Assembly (NCBI RefSeq): GCF_033153115.1
Contig: NW_026889786.1
Span: 1,984,001 to 2,048,000, forward strand
From: Saccostrea echinata
Lineage: Eukaryota
Direction of reading: 5' to 3'
Length of the DNA stretch: 64,000 nucleotides
In this document: positions 52,179-62,888 of the stretch, piece by piece
Layout of the letters: each line of letters starts with the position of its first letter
Position numbering within the stretch: position 1 is the first letter of the stretch
Notes under the pieces: model-generated
The model's database searches: none
The model's input: only the letters and a program-made list of their open reading frames with translations
What the model was told of the DNA's origin: nothing
Made by a program: the position numbers and the translations under genes

Positions 52179-52803
52179 TTAATATAAAATGGATATGTTG
52201 ATGACGATTCTCAGCTGTTTTTGTGCAACAGACAAACGCAGACTTAAAAAAAAATACCAAATAGAAAAAAAATATGTTTGTGAAACACTGATGTCCCCGT
52301 ATAGCAGCTCATGACGAAGGTTAAAGTCTCTCATTGCAAATCAAACTCTAAAGTCAAGCGATCAAAAATATTGGTACCTAAAGAAAAGTCTTTCCACAAG
52401 AAATTCATCTTTGAAATATAAAAGCCCTCGCAGCAAGCATTCAGAAATTATGGTTTAGGTTAAAGTTTTTCAAAAGTAGGTCAAACTCCAAAGGTAAAAA
52501 AAAAATATTGATACCCAAAGAAAGTTCTTGTCAAAAGGAATATAAATATTTGAAGTTTGAAAGTCCTAGCACCAAGCGTTCAAAAGTTATGCCCAAGGTT
52601 AAAGTTCTTCAAAAGAAGGTCAAACTCCAAGGTCAAGATCAAAATCGTTGGTACCCAAAGAAAGTTCTTGTCACAAGAAAAAACATACTTGATATATAAA
52701 AGTTACTGCATGAAATGTAAGAGGAGTTCTTGGAATATGGATTTTGTAAGAAAACTTTTTGGCACCCAAAAGGCCTCCCCCATAAAAATGGGAATTCTGA
52801 CAC

Positions 52804-52920
52804 TGTAACGGGGACTGGGTACGTCGGCCCGGTAGGTCAGTGGTTAGAGCACCCGCACGGTTAGCGGGAGGTCCCGGGTTCGAGTCCCAGTCTGGCCGAC
52901 ATTTTTCCCCGCCTGTTACA
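52804..52920 (+). mobile_element. 117-bp mini-LTR of a tRNA-bearing TRIM (Helenus-like)
   Basis: Begins TGTAAC and ends GTTACA (6-bp terminal inverted repeat, TG...CA). Contains a tRNA-like cassette and is followed after 2 nt by a perfect PBS. Confidence 0.8.
52826..52898 (+). pseudogene. tRNA-like sequence inside the LTR (pseudo-tRNA, nominal anticodon GGT); mirror copy on the minus strand at about 52967-53039
   Basis: Cloverleaf: acceptor GGCCCGG/TCTGGCC, D-arm GGTC-AGTGGTTA-GAGC, anticodon stem CCCGC/GCGGG with loop ACGGTTA, T-arm CCGGG-TTCGAGT-CCCAG. A- and B-boxes are intact and a TTTTT terminator lies at 52902-52906. The loop lacks U33 and the stems have mismatches, so it is not a canonical tRNA. 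Confidence 0.75.
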
Positions 52921-52922
52921 TT

Positions 52923-52940
52923 TGGCGCCCAACGTGGGGC
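52923..52940 (+). promoter_or_regulatory. Primer-binding site complementary to the 3' 18 nt of tRNA-Lys(CUU) (Lys1,2)
   Basis: TGGCGCCCAACGTGGGGC is the exact canonical Lys1,2 PBS, located 2 nt after the LTR-terminal CA. Confidence 0.92.
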
Positions 52941-55124
52941 CAAATGTAACAGGCGGGGAAAAATGTCGGCCAGACTGGGACTCGAACCCGGGACCTCCCG
53001 CTAACCGTGCGGGTGCTCTAACCACTGACCTACCGGGTCGTACTACCAAAATTGTTGAGATATGAGTTATACACCTTTAGAACCCGAATAAATCAAAGAA
53101 ACAACAAACTGAAATTTTAACAAAATTTAATAAACAAAACAAAAATAACTTTTTACAACAAAATAATTAAAAATAATAGAAATGAAATGTCTATCTGCAG
53201 ACCGTCCTAGGAAGTGTCCTGTAAAGTAGGGTTAACTAATCACAGCACCTCTGCTTAACATTTTCAGAATTTTGGTGTTGAATTTCCTCACACGTAATTT
53301 TCATAAATGAAACATTGAATATGAATTCACAAATAACACATAAGTCACTGTTTCCTAAACTTTCACAATGCTGTGTGGATTATCTTTTGGTTTAATCAAT
53401 ATATTTTTCAAAGAGTGGAATTCTTTTGAACACATAACTTTATACAGTTATAAATGCTGGTCCCGAGTTGTCCGTCAGGGCTGCCGTATCTGACTCTCTC
53501 TCTCACATTTGCTGTTGTAAATGCATAACCAAGACTCTCCCTCTCGCCCTGGACTGGCTATTGTATCAATGGAATTTAAGTACCCCGCCCAAGACCTGTG
53601 TCATTTTAGAAACGGAACGAAAGCCCGAGGAGATAGGACCCTGGGGAAAAATAGTTAAAAAAAAACAACAACCATACTTAATGTATAGATTCTAACTATA
53701 TAAACATATTTTACAAATTACATTTTCAATCCCGTAAATACCTGATGTACTTTTGAGCACCCGCCCCGGCTACTACAGAACAAGCCAAACAGGTCTAATC
53801 GTGGCTGTAACTTCCCGGGTACTACCCGAACACGAGCACGAGCTCTCAGGTAGATAAAATTGCTAACCGAGGGGCTCTCCACAGGATAAAGACCAATATC
53901 TATTATCACACGATAGGGGTATCTTAAGGGCAAAATTTAGTTTGTAAAAGACACATTATTGTACATCTGCAGGACACCGCCAATCATATTCCAAAAGATG
54001 TGTTAGCTACTGCGTAAAATGTAAAAGGAATTCAGAGAACGTGGCTTTTGTAGGAAAATGTTTTTGGTCCCCATATGACCTTCCTTATGAAAATGAAATT
54101 CAAACATACACACCTACAGGGCACCATAAATCATATACCAAAAGATGAATTGGCTTCTATATAAAATGTAAGAAAGTTCTAGGAACACGGCTTTGTAGGA
54201 AAATTTTGGCTGCTAAATGGCCTCCCATGTGAAAAAAAAATTAAGCATTTTTGCAATATTTTCAAGACACCACCAAAAGATGATTTGTCTTTAATACGTA
54301 GAATCTTAGAGAAGTTTTAGAAACAAGATTTTCATAGAAAAACGTCCTTTTTGACCCCCAAATGGTATCCAGAGTGAATTTGAAAATTCCAAAAACATTT
54401 TTGTACATCTACAGGACACAATCATATTCGTAAGATTGGTTTGACTAAATTATGAAATATATGAAGATTTCCGGGGAGAAAACCTCGTTTTCGACCCCGC
54501 CCCCCTCATTGGCTCCAAGAGGGGAAATGAAAATTCGGAAGCCCTTATTACATATCCACAGGACTTGAGTCACTTCACCGATCATATTTCAAAAGATGAA
54601 TTGGCTAATGCATAAAATGTAAGAGGAGTTCAATGAAAAAAACAATATAAATATGAATGTGACGGACGGATCAGGAAAAAAACAATATACAAACTAAAAC
54701 CCGAACTTTCTTTATAAAGAGCGGGTAAACCAAAACCAAAGGTGACTGAACGTCTATGCCTATGGAGACTTCATTATAGTTTTAATCTAATGCATCGTTA
54801 TCTATAGCTGTTTAGGACATTTTAGGCCACAAAAATTTATATTACATGTTTATGAAGCAAACGTTGAAAACTTAGATTCAGATTGTAATTAAAGCAATAC
54901 ATATAAATCTTTCATATAAAAATGGTGTATTCTTATACATCATACACATGTAGTTTATTGGATTGAAAGTTTTTGTGTTTTTTCTTTCATTCATTTTTTC
55001 TATTGTCTCATCTAAAGGAACAGTCTCCTCTTACAAGTTATTCAGAGTTGTCGTTCCTATTATCAATGTTTGAAGATTCTGGCACAGGCACTTGTTTCGT
55101 AGGAAAAGGGAGGGGAGGGGGTGT

Positions 55125-55340
55125 CTCACCCGCTATTGCGAAAGCGAGGAGACATTAAGTCTGTCAGTCTGTCTGTCACATAATCTTTAACCTTGGTCAT
55201 AAGTCATTCATAACTTTTTGAATGAGAACAAATAGGACTTTCATATTTCACATGTGCATTACCTGTGACAAGACAAATGTACTATAACTCGATCTTGAAG
55301 TTTGATGCATTTTAACAAACTTTAATCTTTGTCATAACTT
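55125..55340 (+). mobile_element. Truncated CvA/pearl-like element (family of 24723-25160)
   Basis: tctcacccgctattgcgaaagcgaggagaca hairpin, GTCT microsatellite, taaccttggtcataa...atatttcacatg...gtgacaagac. Confidence 0.5.
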
Positions 55341-55866
55341 TTATTAATTCAAAAATTTTAATCTTTTTTGTATGATGGACAGACAAGACAGGGCACACAA
55401 AGAAGGAGGGGGCTACAATTCTTTGAATTTTACTTTTTTTAACATTACAAGTTATCGAAGTACCGACAGACATTAACCACAAGAATTCTGAACGCCTGCT
55501 TTGCATTAATTGTATAGTAACTGCAATATTTGATAAAGCAGACTTTGAAAGCCATAATGCAAAGTTTTGGTGATCAGAGCACTATAAAGCTTAGTTTTGA
55601 TATCTGAATGTGAGAATTCTTATGATAAAGTTTGGGTGCAAGTAACTCCATCTGAAGATACATCACCTAAATTTAGACTTGCCGGGATGAAACGCGAAGA
55701 TCATTGAAAACCGCCCAACCAGATTACTTTGTTCCAGTTATAGTTACATGGCACTTGTACCTAACCAAAAGAACCAAAAGAACAAAGATGTATAATCGTT
55801 CAAAAGCATACCGTAATAAACACATTTCGTTCATGTTTTTTTCTCTCGTCGATTGTTGTACATGAT

Positions 55867-56860
55867 TTTAGCTCACCTTGACGAAGTCGAGATGACTTTA
55901 TGCTATACCCCCGACGTTGGTACCAGCGTCCCGGTTAAAGTTTTAGAGGTTTAGGAGTAAGTTCATTCCCAAGTAACTGGACCAAACTGTATGGAGGAGT
56001 CAGAGGTCATCGACTCAAGACACGGTCCGGAGTCCGCATATTTGGGAGAGGATCGTACATTTTGGCCGTGGTTTGCGACGATTTCTAGGGGTGTACACTA
56101 CCAGACTTGCTTCAAGGGGTGTACACTACCAGACTTGCTTCAAAGGGTGTACACTACCAGACTTGCTTTAGATGCTGTACCTGACCTCGATTTTCTGCAT
56201 GTCATAAGCCTTTGGTGCCTAAACGTTCATGGATGATGCATCTAGGGATGTACACTAGCAGAATTGCTACAGATGGTAGATTTGACCTAGATTTTCTTGA
56301 TGAGTGAACAGGTTAAAGTTTTGGAGCAAGTCCATTCCCAAGTAACTATAAATCCTACCTAGCTGGACCAAACTTGCATGGATGATGTATATAGGGATGC
56401 ACACTAATAGGCTTGCTTCGGATGCAAATTCATTCCCAACTATAAGCCTTATGGTGACCAAACTTGCATGGATGGTGCATCTAGGGATGCAAACGAGTGA
56501 CAAACCAGACATGCTTTGGATGCTGAATCTAACCTAGATGATCATGTTGAAGTTCTTGGAGCAAGTCCATTCCTAAGGAACTATGTATAATTAAGCCCTT
56601 TGGTGCCTAAACTTGCATGGATGATGCTTCTAGGGATTTACAATATTAGGCTTGCTTAGGACGCTGGATCTCACTTTCATTTTCTTGATGAATGATATGG
56701 AGCAAGTCCATTCCCAAGAAGCTATAAACTCTTTAGTGACCTAACTTCCATCGATGATAAATTTCGGGATGCATACCATTAGGTATGCTTCGGATGCTGA
56801 CTCTGGCTACAATTTTTTAGATGAGTGAATACTAGTGCTTAAGTCCACTTCAAAATAACT
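55867..56860 (+). mobile_element. Helentron-associated element with internal repeats of about 130-140 bp and a nested 3 x 29-30 bp tandem (about 56087-56168)
   Basis: 5' ttttagctcaccttgacgaagtcgagatga. Recurrent caagtccattccc/aaacttgcatggatgatgcatctagggatg units; GGGTGTACACTACCAGACTTGCTT occurs three times. Confidence 0.7.
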
Positions 56861-57335
56861 ATACCCATATCAAACTATAATGCACATTACCAGAACATTC
56901 ATTGGCGGGGGGGGGGGGGGGGGGGGGGCTTTGCCTTACTTCTACATAATATTCGTCGAGCTGAGCTTCATAATCTTTGATTATACCTATGTTTTTATGT
57001 GGGTTAGAAAAGGGATTCAAATGGAGCGTGAAAGGGAAGTTAGGTGAAAATTTTAAAATTTTTATATGTAAAATCTCGCATCTCATATAATGAAAAGCAG
57101 CATTTTGTAATAAGTGCGTTGCTCATAACAACAGTTAGATTTGATATTAATTCTTAAATTGGAGCAATTCGCGGAAATCCTTATGATGACCGCTGATGAC
57201 TGATGTAGCATGGGCACTTGAAATGCCAAATGTATCCAGTCAATGGAGTAATAAAATTCCAACATCCAAAAATAAGCTAGGAGAAAGGAAAATATCTATG
57301 TTAGTTGTATTTCACCTTTCAAAATTCTTAATTAA

Positions 57336-57854
57336 GGTATTCCATCCTTAATAGCCTCAGATTCAATGAAGTAGAATACACAACAGATACAAATGGGTTG
57401 AATACTCGGTATATTTAGACAATGTTCCGATTCATTACTATCAATATGTAAGAGTTGAATGTGTCCTAATTTATGACCTTGACCTGTCCTTGAGTTATCC
57501 TCAACTGTTTTTAATCAATAAGAAATCATTTAAAAGAAAAAAATCTACCGGGTAGTAAAATCATTTTCAATTGTTATTCTCTTTCTATTCCTGATTATTG
57601 AATTTATCGTTCCATTACAGCATTTATTGATATTCTTTGTAATTGAATTTTTATTTGAAAAATTCGCATTCACTCAAAGACCTCAATGGAATCTTTATTG
57701 ATTAATTACTGCTTAAGTAATTTTAAATTTTTGTAAATTTCTCTTGGTAAATCTTTTTCTACTGTAAAATGCTTTAAAATAATATCAGAGTATTATATAG
57801 GTGATGAATATTTAAGGAGAGAGAATTTGGTCTTATTAGGGGTGGAATAGTACC
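57336..57854. mobile_element. Degenerate Kolobok-like MITE
   Basis: TTAA|GGTATTCCATCCTTAATA ... TATTAGGGGTGGAATAGTACC|TTCA; imperfect TIR. Confidence 0.5.
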
Positions 57855-59604
57855 TTCAATGCAAATTACATCGAATGATTTACTGAAAATACTCTAGACC
57901 CGACCTGACGCTCCCTTTAAAGAAGGTGTAATAATTTTTTATCAATAGTTTTTTTTTTCTATATGCCACCTTTGATCCTTTGATACTTGCAATTATCTAC
58001 GGAAGAAATTAAAATAGAGATACATTACGCGCGAAAATTTCTAAACGGACGGAAAATTAGAGAAATCAAAAGTATTCCAGGTTGGTAGTGGGAGATGGGA
58101 AAAAAGAGAGAGAGAAAGAGTTCCGTGGTGAGAGAAGTGAAGATATCAATAATGGTTCCACAAAAAAATATTAAGCAGTCCCACAAAACTCAGATTTTAC
58201 TTGAGTATGATGACCTTTTTAAAGATTTTTTAATATCTCGAGAAGGGCGGGTGCTAGAAAAAAATTACTCTAATTAAGAGTTATCTTTCTTGCCACGCAA
58301 CTAGATACCTGTCTTAAGTCTAAAGTGAACATTTTTTGGCTAAAAACCGAATGATTTTTAAGAGAATGGTTTTTAGGGATAGAACAACACTTTGGACTAT
58401 ATCAGACCAGTCGGAACAATGAACCCACCTCCGCCCCAAATCCCCCTACTCCATCTAATAATTTTACCAACAAATACTATATATATGATACAAAACATAA
58501 AATGTAGCTACTTTATGGTTGTGCAACATTATTCTTTTTAAGGCATTTTTGTTTGGTTGTGCCCCCTCCCGACTGAAACTGCTTTTTGCGACCATGTATA
58601 CAAGTGTGTTAGATACAGATATTTTATAATTTCATTCAAAATTATTTAATTTTGAATTCAATTTCCAGAAAGAATATATTTTCTATGACCAAATATTGCT
58701 AACTTGTGCAATTTTGAAAATGGCTAACGCAATTCAACATACATTTATTTGATTTATTGATATGTTAAGTTAATACATGCATTTTGAATAAATAAAAATA
58801 CGAGATATATGCATTTTTTGTTTTGGACAAGTCCCGCCTATAATTTTAAAAAGATCGAACTTTAGTGTAGCCACATTGCATTTTAAGACTTTTTACGTTA
58901 ATTTATTTTGTAACATTGTGGTGATTTTTTCCTAGAAACTAAACATAGCTTTCAGTCTTACAAAATTAGATGAAAATCAAAAAGTTTTAGTTCTTGAGGT
59001 ACCCCTCATTAAACCGCCTGAATATGTACGAAAACTCAATATAAAATACTGCTGTAACATCTGATGCTACGTGTTTTCTTCATAACACTTGAAACTGTAA
59101 AATTCTGATCGGAAATTGTTCTTTTGATTCTCTATTTCGTCTCTCAGTACTGGTATTTCGTTGCAGTCAACGTTTCAGAGACATCTTCATAGATTTTTAT
59201 GAACTAACCCTGTGTGTGTGTGTGGAAAGGGGGGGGGATGAACACGAGTTGGCGTTTCAACTGAATTTATTAGAAAGCCATTCATTATTTGCAAAGACAA
59301 AAGTGCAGTAGTGGGTTTAATTAATCAAAGTAGTATAACATACATTTTGTCACCGATTATATTATTTTCTGAGCAAAAAAGACATTTAAGCAAATTTAAT
59401 TCAATAAACGTTTTGTAATGAAATTTATACAAATTAGCTTGTCTGACCTCCCACCCCACCCTTAAAGTACATTGAAGCTGATGCAATATTTTTTTCCTGG
59501 GAGTTTAACTGCAGAAAAAAATATTAGAGGCACACTATTATTTCAATATTTTAAAGAAAATGAAAGAAAGACAAATAAACTTCTTGCAAACATATTTTTA
59601 AAAA

Positions 59605-59778
59605 TTTCCCTGTGATCATGAAATTTGTCTTAAGACTTGTGTTAAGATTTCTTATACTTAAGATAGTTTTGTGAAACTGCAGTGACAAATCTTATGATTG
59701 TCATAAGTCAGATCTTAAGATGATCTTAAGATCTATCTTAGGACAAATCTTACGATAGTTTTGTGAAACCCGGCCCTG
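59605..59778. mobile_element. Small MITE remnant with CTTAAG/TCTTA sub-repeats
   Basis: Repeated gatagttttgtgaaac and cttaag motifs, ending gtgaaacccggccctg; left terminus decayed. Confidence 0.4.
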
Positions 59779-61070
59779 TTATATTAGGTATATAAATCGG
59801 TGCATTTTTCAAGCAAACTTTTTTCTTCCTCTTTATATAAATTCAATTCATCAATCATGAATGGCTACATTTCTATCTATTTTTCTCTGTTTTCATCTCT
59901 CTCCCTCTCTCTCTCTCTTGATATCTCATAATTCTGGAGAGTTTTATGTCCACTAGCTTATTATTTCAAACCTACCCAAATATATTTTGGGTTTCAAAAC
60001 GGTACTGCTTTTAACCAGATAGGCTCTGTGACCTAAGTACATTTGTTTTTCACGAGTCATTCCCTAATGATTTTCTGCATGCTTTTGGGATGCGGTTCCA
60101 TGTAATGGACTGACATGTTGATGAATGAATTTTATTTCGTACGTTTGATACTTGATAAGCGACATATTTTAAAGTGCACTTCTTTGTAAAGACTCACTTT
60201 TTGTCGGTAGGGAGGCACTGAGTATAATCCTAACCTGAGGACCATGGACTACAGTGCTTACCTGAGTAGCCTCGCACTTACTGTTTGAACGTTTTCATCT
60301 TGAACATTTTTTTTACACTCCATTCGGATTCCAAGAGTTATGATTTAAACAATTACGGTTCTGCACTCCATGGGGGATGCTTGCGTGTTATTTCTATCAA
60401 TGATGCAATATGGGTTCTGAAGAGAAGATTCTATATTACCTTCAGTTACTAAGGATGAACTGATCTTAGCGAATTTCTGCAAAATTCACTTTTTTCATTT
60501 TTTTTTCCAGTGATGATGGGAAAGGGAAGTTTTGAATGCTAGAATTGGACTTATATTTTACAATGTTAAGCCGAATAGTGTTAAATTGTTATATTTTTTC
60601 TACAAACGATCAACTTTAAGGAAGGCCACTGTACACCTTTTTGCGCAACATTTACACAGAAAAACATGCACGGGTTTTAAAGGGGCTTGGACACAGTTGC
60701 ATTGCAGGTTTGTTTAAAAAAATTCAATTTCTCTTTTTATTTCAAAATAAACTTCGGTTTAATGAATTCAATGATTCTTCATAGTCTAGCAAGAAAGAAC
60801 TGTGTTTATAAACACGGACACGAGTATCGGGCGTGTTTGATTTGTTAACACTATACACATCACTGAACACAAACATACGACACTGGTGTGTTGGTTTTGC
60901 TCTCTAACATTCCTAGTCTGACTTTTCTTGATTATAGTTTTCATATCTCTTATCAATACACCGCGGATTCCCCACTTTTCTGAAATATTAAGGATGAATT
61001 TTAGCTTGTGAAAGTTTGACGATGTATGGCAATCAAACTCGCCTAAAATCGTTAGTTTTGATAATTTTCA

Positions 61071-61254
61071 GATTGGTTGTATGTTGTTTAAAGTCCCATT
61101 CGAGAATATTTCACTCATATTTAGAGACGTTTTAGATGAAGTGTCACAATTTTTTACCTAAATGCATGGCGCCTACGGCAGTGGCAGTGAGGGATCTTTA
61201 TCGTGTCAGCGCTTACCATAAAACAGGGCCTCAGTAGTTTTTAAGGTCTCATCC
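61071..61254 (-). mobile_element. tRNA-derived SINE fragment (same family as 8283-8362 and 9520-9722)
   Basis: ttgtttaaagtcccattcgagaatatttcactcatat...cagtgagggatctttatcgtg...ggtctcatcc. Confidence 0.6.
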
Positions 61255-62850
61255 TTTTTCAGATAAAAGAAGTTATCTAAACACGCTTTTATAATATATC
61301 GGTCTAAAACGAACATGTAAGTCATAAAATTCTATCAAAAATTTTGAAGGAAACAAACTTCAAATCTGTCCCCCCGTTAATTAAACTCGAGATGAGTTCA
61401 ACCCCAATGCACCGCCGGAGAGGTCTTTGACCGCAAGAGTGATAGATGTTTCCATCCTGATATTAATTTCATACAGACAGAACTTTCCTAGTGGATGCTT
61501 CAATCGACATAATGCCGATACAAATGCAACTTCCTGGCCAACTTTTCTCGGCTCTACCACATGCAATTTCATTACTTAGGACAACTTGAATCATAACGGT
61601 TCTTGTCAGCGCCATTCGAACAATCTCGGTTTCCATATAAAAGGGAAACGTTGTAGAGCAAAAACAGAAATCCACGCAGGTCTCATTAGTGTTCAAATAT
61701 TTGTCCGACAATGCAGTGGAAATAACAATTCATTTTTTTTATGATTTGATATTTTTTGCACATATTGAAAGTTCACATTACAAACACTTGTTAGCGAAGT
61801 CATACTGAAGTATAAACCTCCTGCATATTTGTGATCGATTTTCGTTGATCGATATCAATTTACGTGGCGTCAATAAAAAGCCGGCTTATATGGCCAACTT
61901 TTTCAATGTTTTGCAGGTTTAATTAAAAGACGAACAATGCTGATTTCCGCTATTTACTTTTTAATCAAAAGGCCCGTTCATCAGGATGGATTTGATTATT
62001 TTTACCAGAAGGGTCTGGAGTCGTCTGCAAACTCCTTGAACAAGCGACCACTGGCAAGGACGCGGAAAGGTTTCTTATGAAATGATGGAAAAAAGGTGGT
62101 CTGCAAACATTTAGGGAAAAAAAGATCACTTATCTAATTAGAGTCGAAACGAAACATTTATACAAATCAATAACATAATTGAACTAAATTGTTTAGATTC
62201 GTGTATCACGGGTCTGCTTGATTATGCATACAAAACGTTTTCGCTCTTTTGGGTCTAGTGTGGATCAAGATTGATGAATATTTTAGTTAGGAGTGATTAA
62301 GTAGTGTGGCGGCCCTGTTTCTGTAGATTCTATCTGACTATACTAGGTATTGATTCTGTTGGGAAGTTCCTATACAATTCAAGGCAAAAAAAAGGGAGCA
62401 CAGAAATAAAAGGGTTTTAGAAGCAATTCTCGGAGATGGAAATGGACTGCAGACTTTGCATGCCGTCACACAACAGGTTTAGATTCCGCACGCCAAATAT
62501 GCAAATTCTGAGAACAATTCTACGGTAGCATCTTGTGTCTTTTCTCATTAACCACCCCTCTCTAAAGAAAAATGGCCAATACAGAGTCATAAATTCATTT
62601 GTAATTGTGTGCTTTGATACTCTGAATGGAGCATAATTGCTGTATTTTAAAGCCCTGGAATCTACCAAATACAGTTATCGCATCCCTGATACATTGCCAA
62701 ATTTTTATGTGGATGAATTCAATACTATTCTTCCTAAAATACTTTTAAGTACTGTATTGTATTATTGCGCTATTTGTTTTACAGTCACGCGATCTAGATG
62801 TATGGAATTTGCAGAGATTTTCTTTGACAGTTTGTAGACAAGTTGCATTA

Positions 62851-62888
<38 letters not shown>

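Larger units (their letters stand above)
52270..54727 (-). mobile_element. CvA/pearl-like element in reverse orientation with two types of internal tandem repeat; interrupted by the 52804-53950 insertion
   Basis: Left end aatatgtttgtgaaacactgatgtcccc. About 135-bp units (ggtcaaactccaa...ggtacccaaagaaag) run to about 52690. About 145-bp units (aaaagatg..ttggct...aaaatgtaagaggagttc) occur at about 52698, 53993, 54140, 54275, 54432 and 54591. Right end GACGGACGGA...cccgaactttc...agcgggt. Confidence 0.7.

Noticed and set aside
52826-52898. Functional tRNA-Thr(GGT) gene pair
   Set aside because: The anticodon loop lacks U33, there are mismatches in the acceptor, D and T stems, GGT is not a usual eukaryotic Thr anticodon, and the context is an LTR followed by a PBS.
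52671-53049. GC-rich ORFs 52671..52943(-) and 52861..53049(-)
   Set aside because: They are translations of the tRNA-like palindrome, not proteins.
54985-55740. Coding-like stretches on the + strand (EQSPLTSYSELSF..., QVIEVPTDINHKNSERLLC...)
   Set aside because: Interrupted by stops, with no recognisable family and no consistent splice chain.
2373-56928. Many C/G homopolymer runs (e.g. 2373-2390, 35577-35595, 51775-51792, 56907-56928) as G-quadruplex signals
   Set aside because: Such runs are ubiquitous in this kind of genome, and their lengths are unreliable in assemblies.
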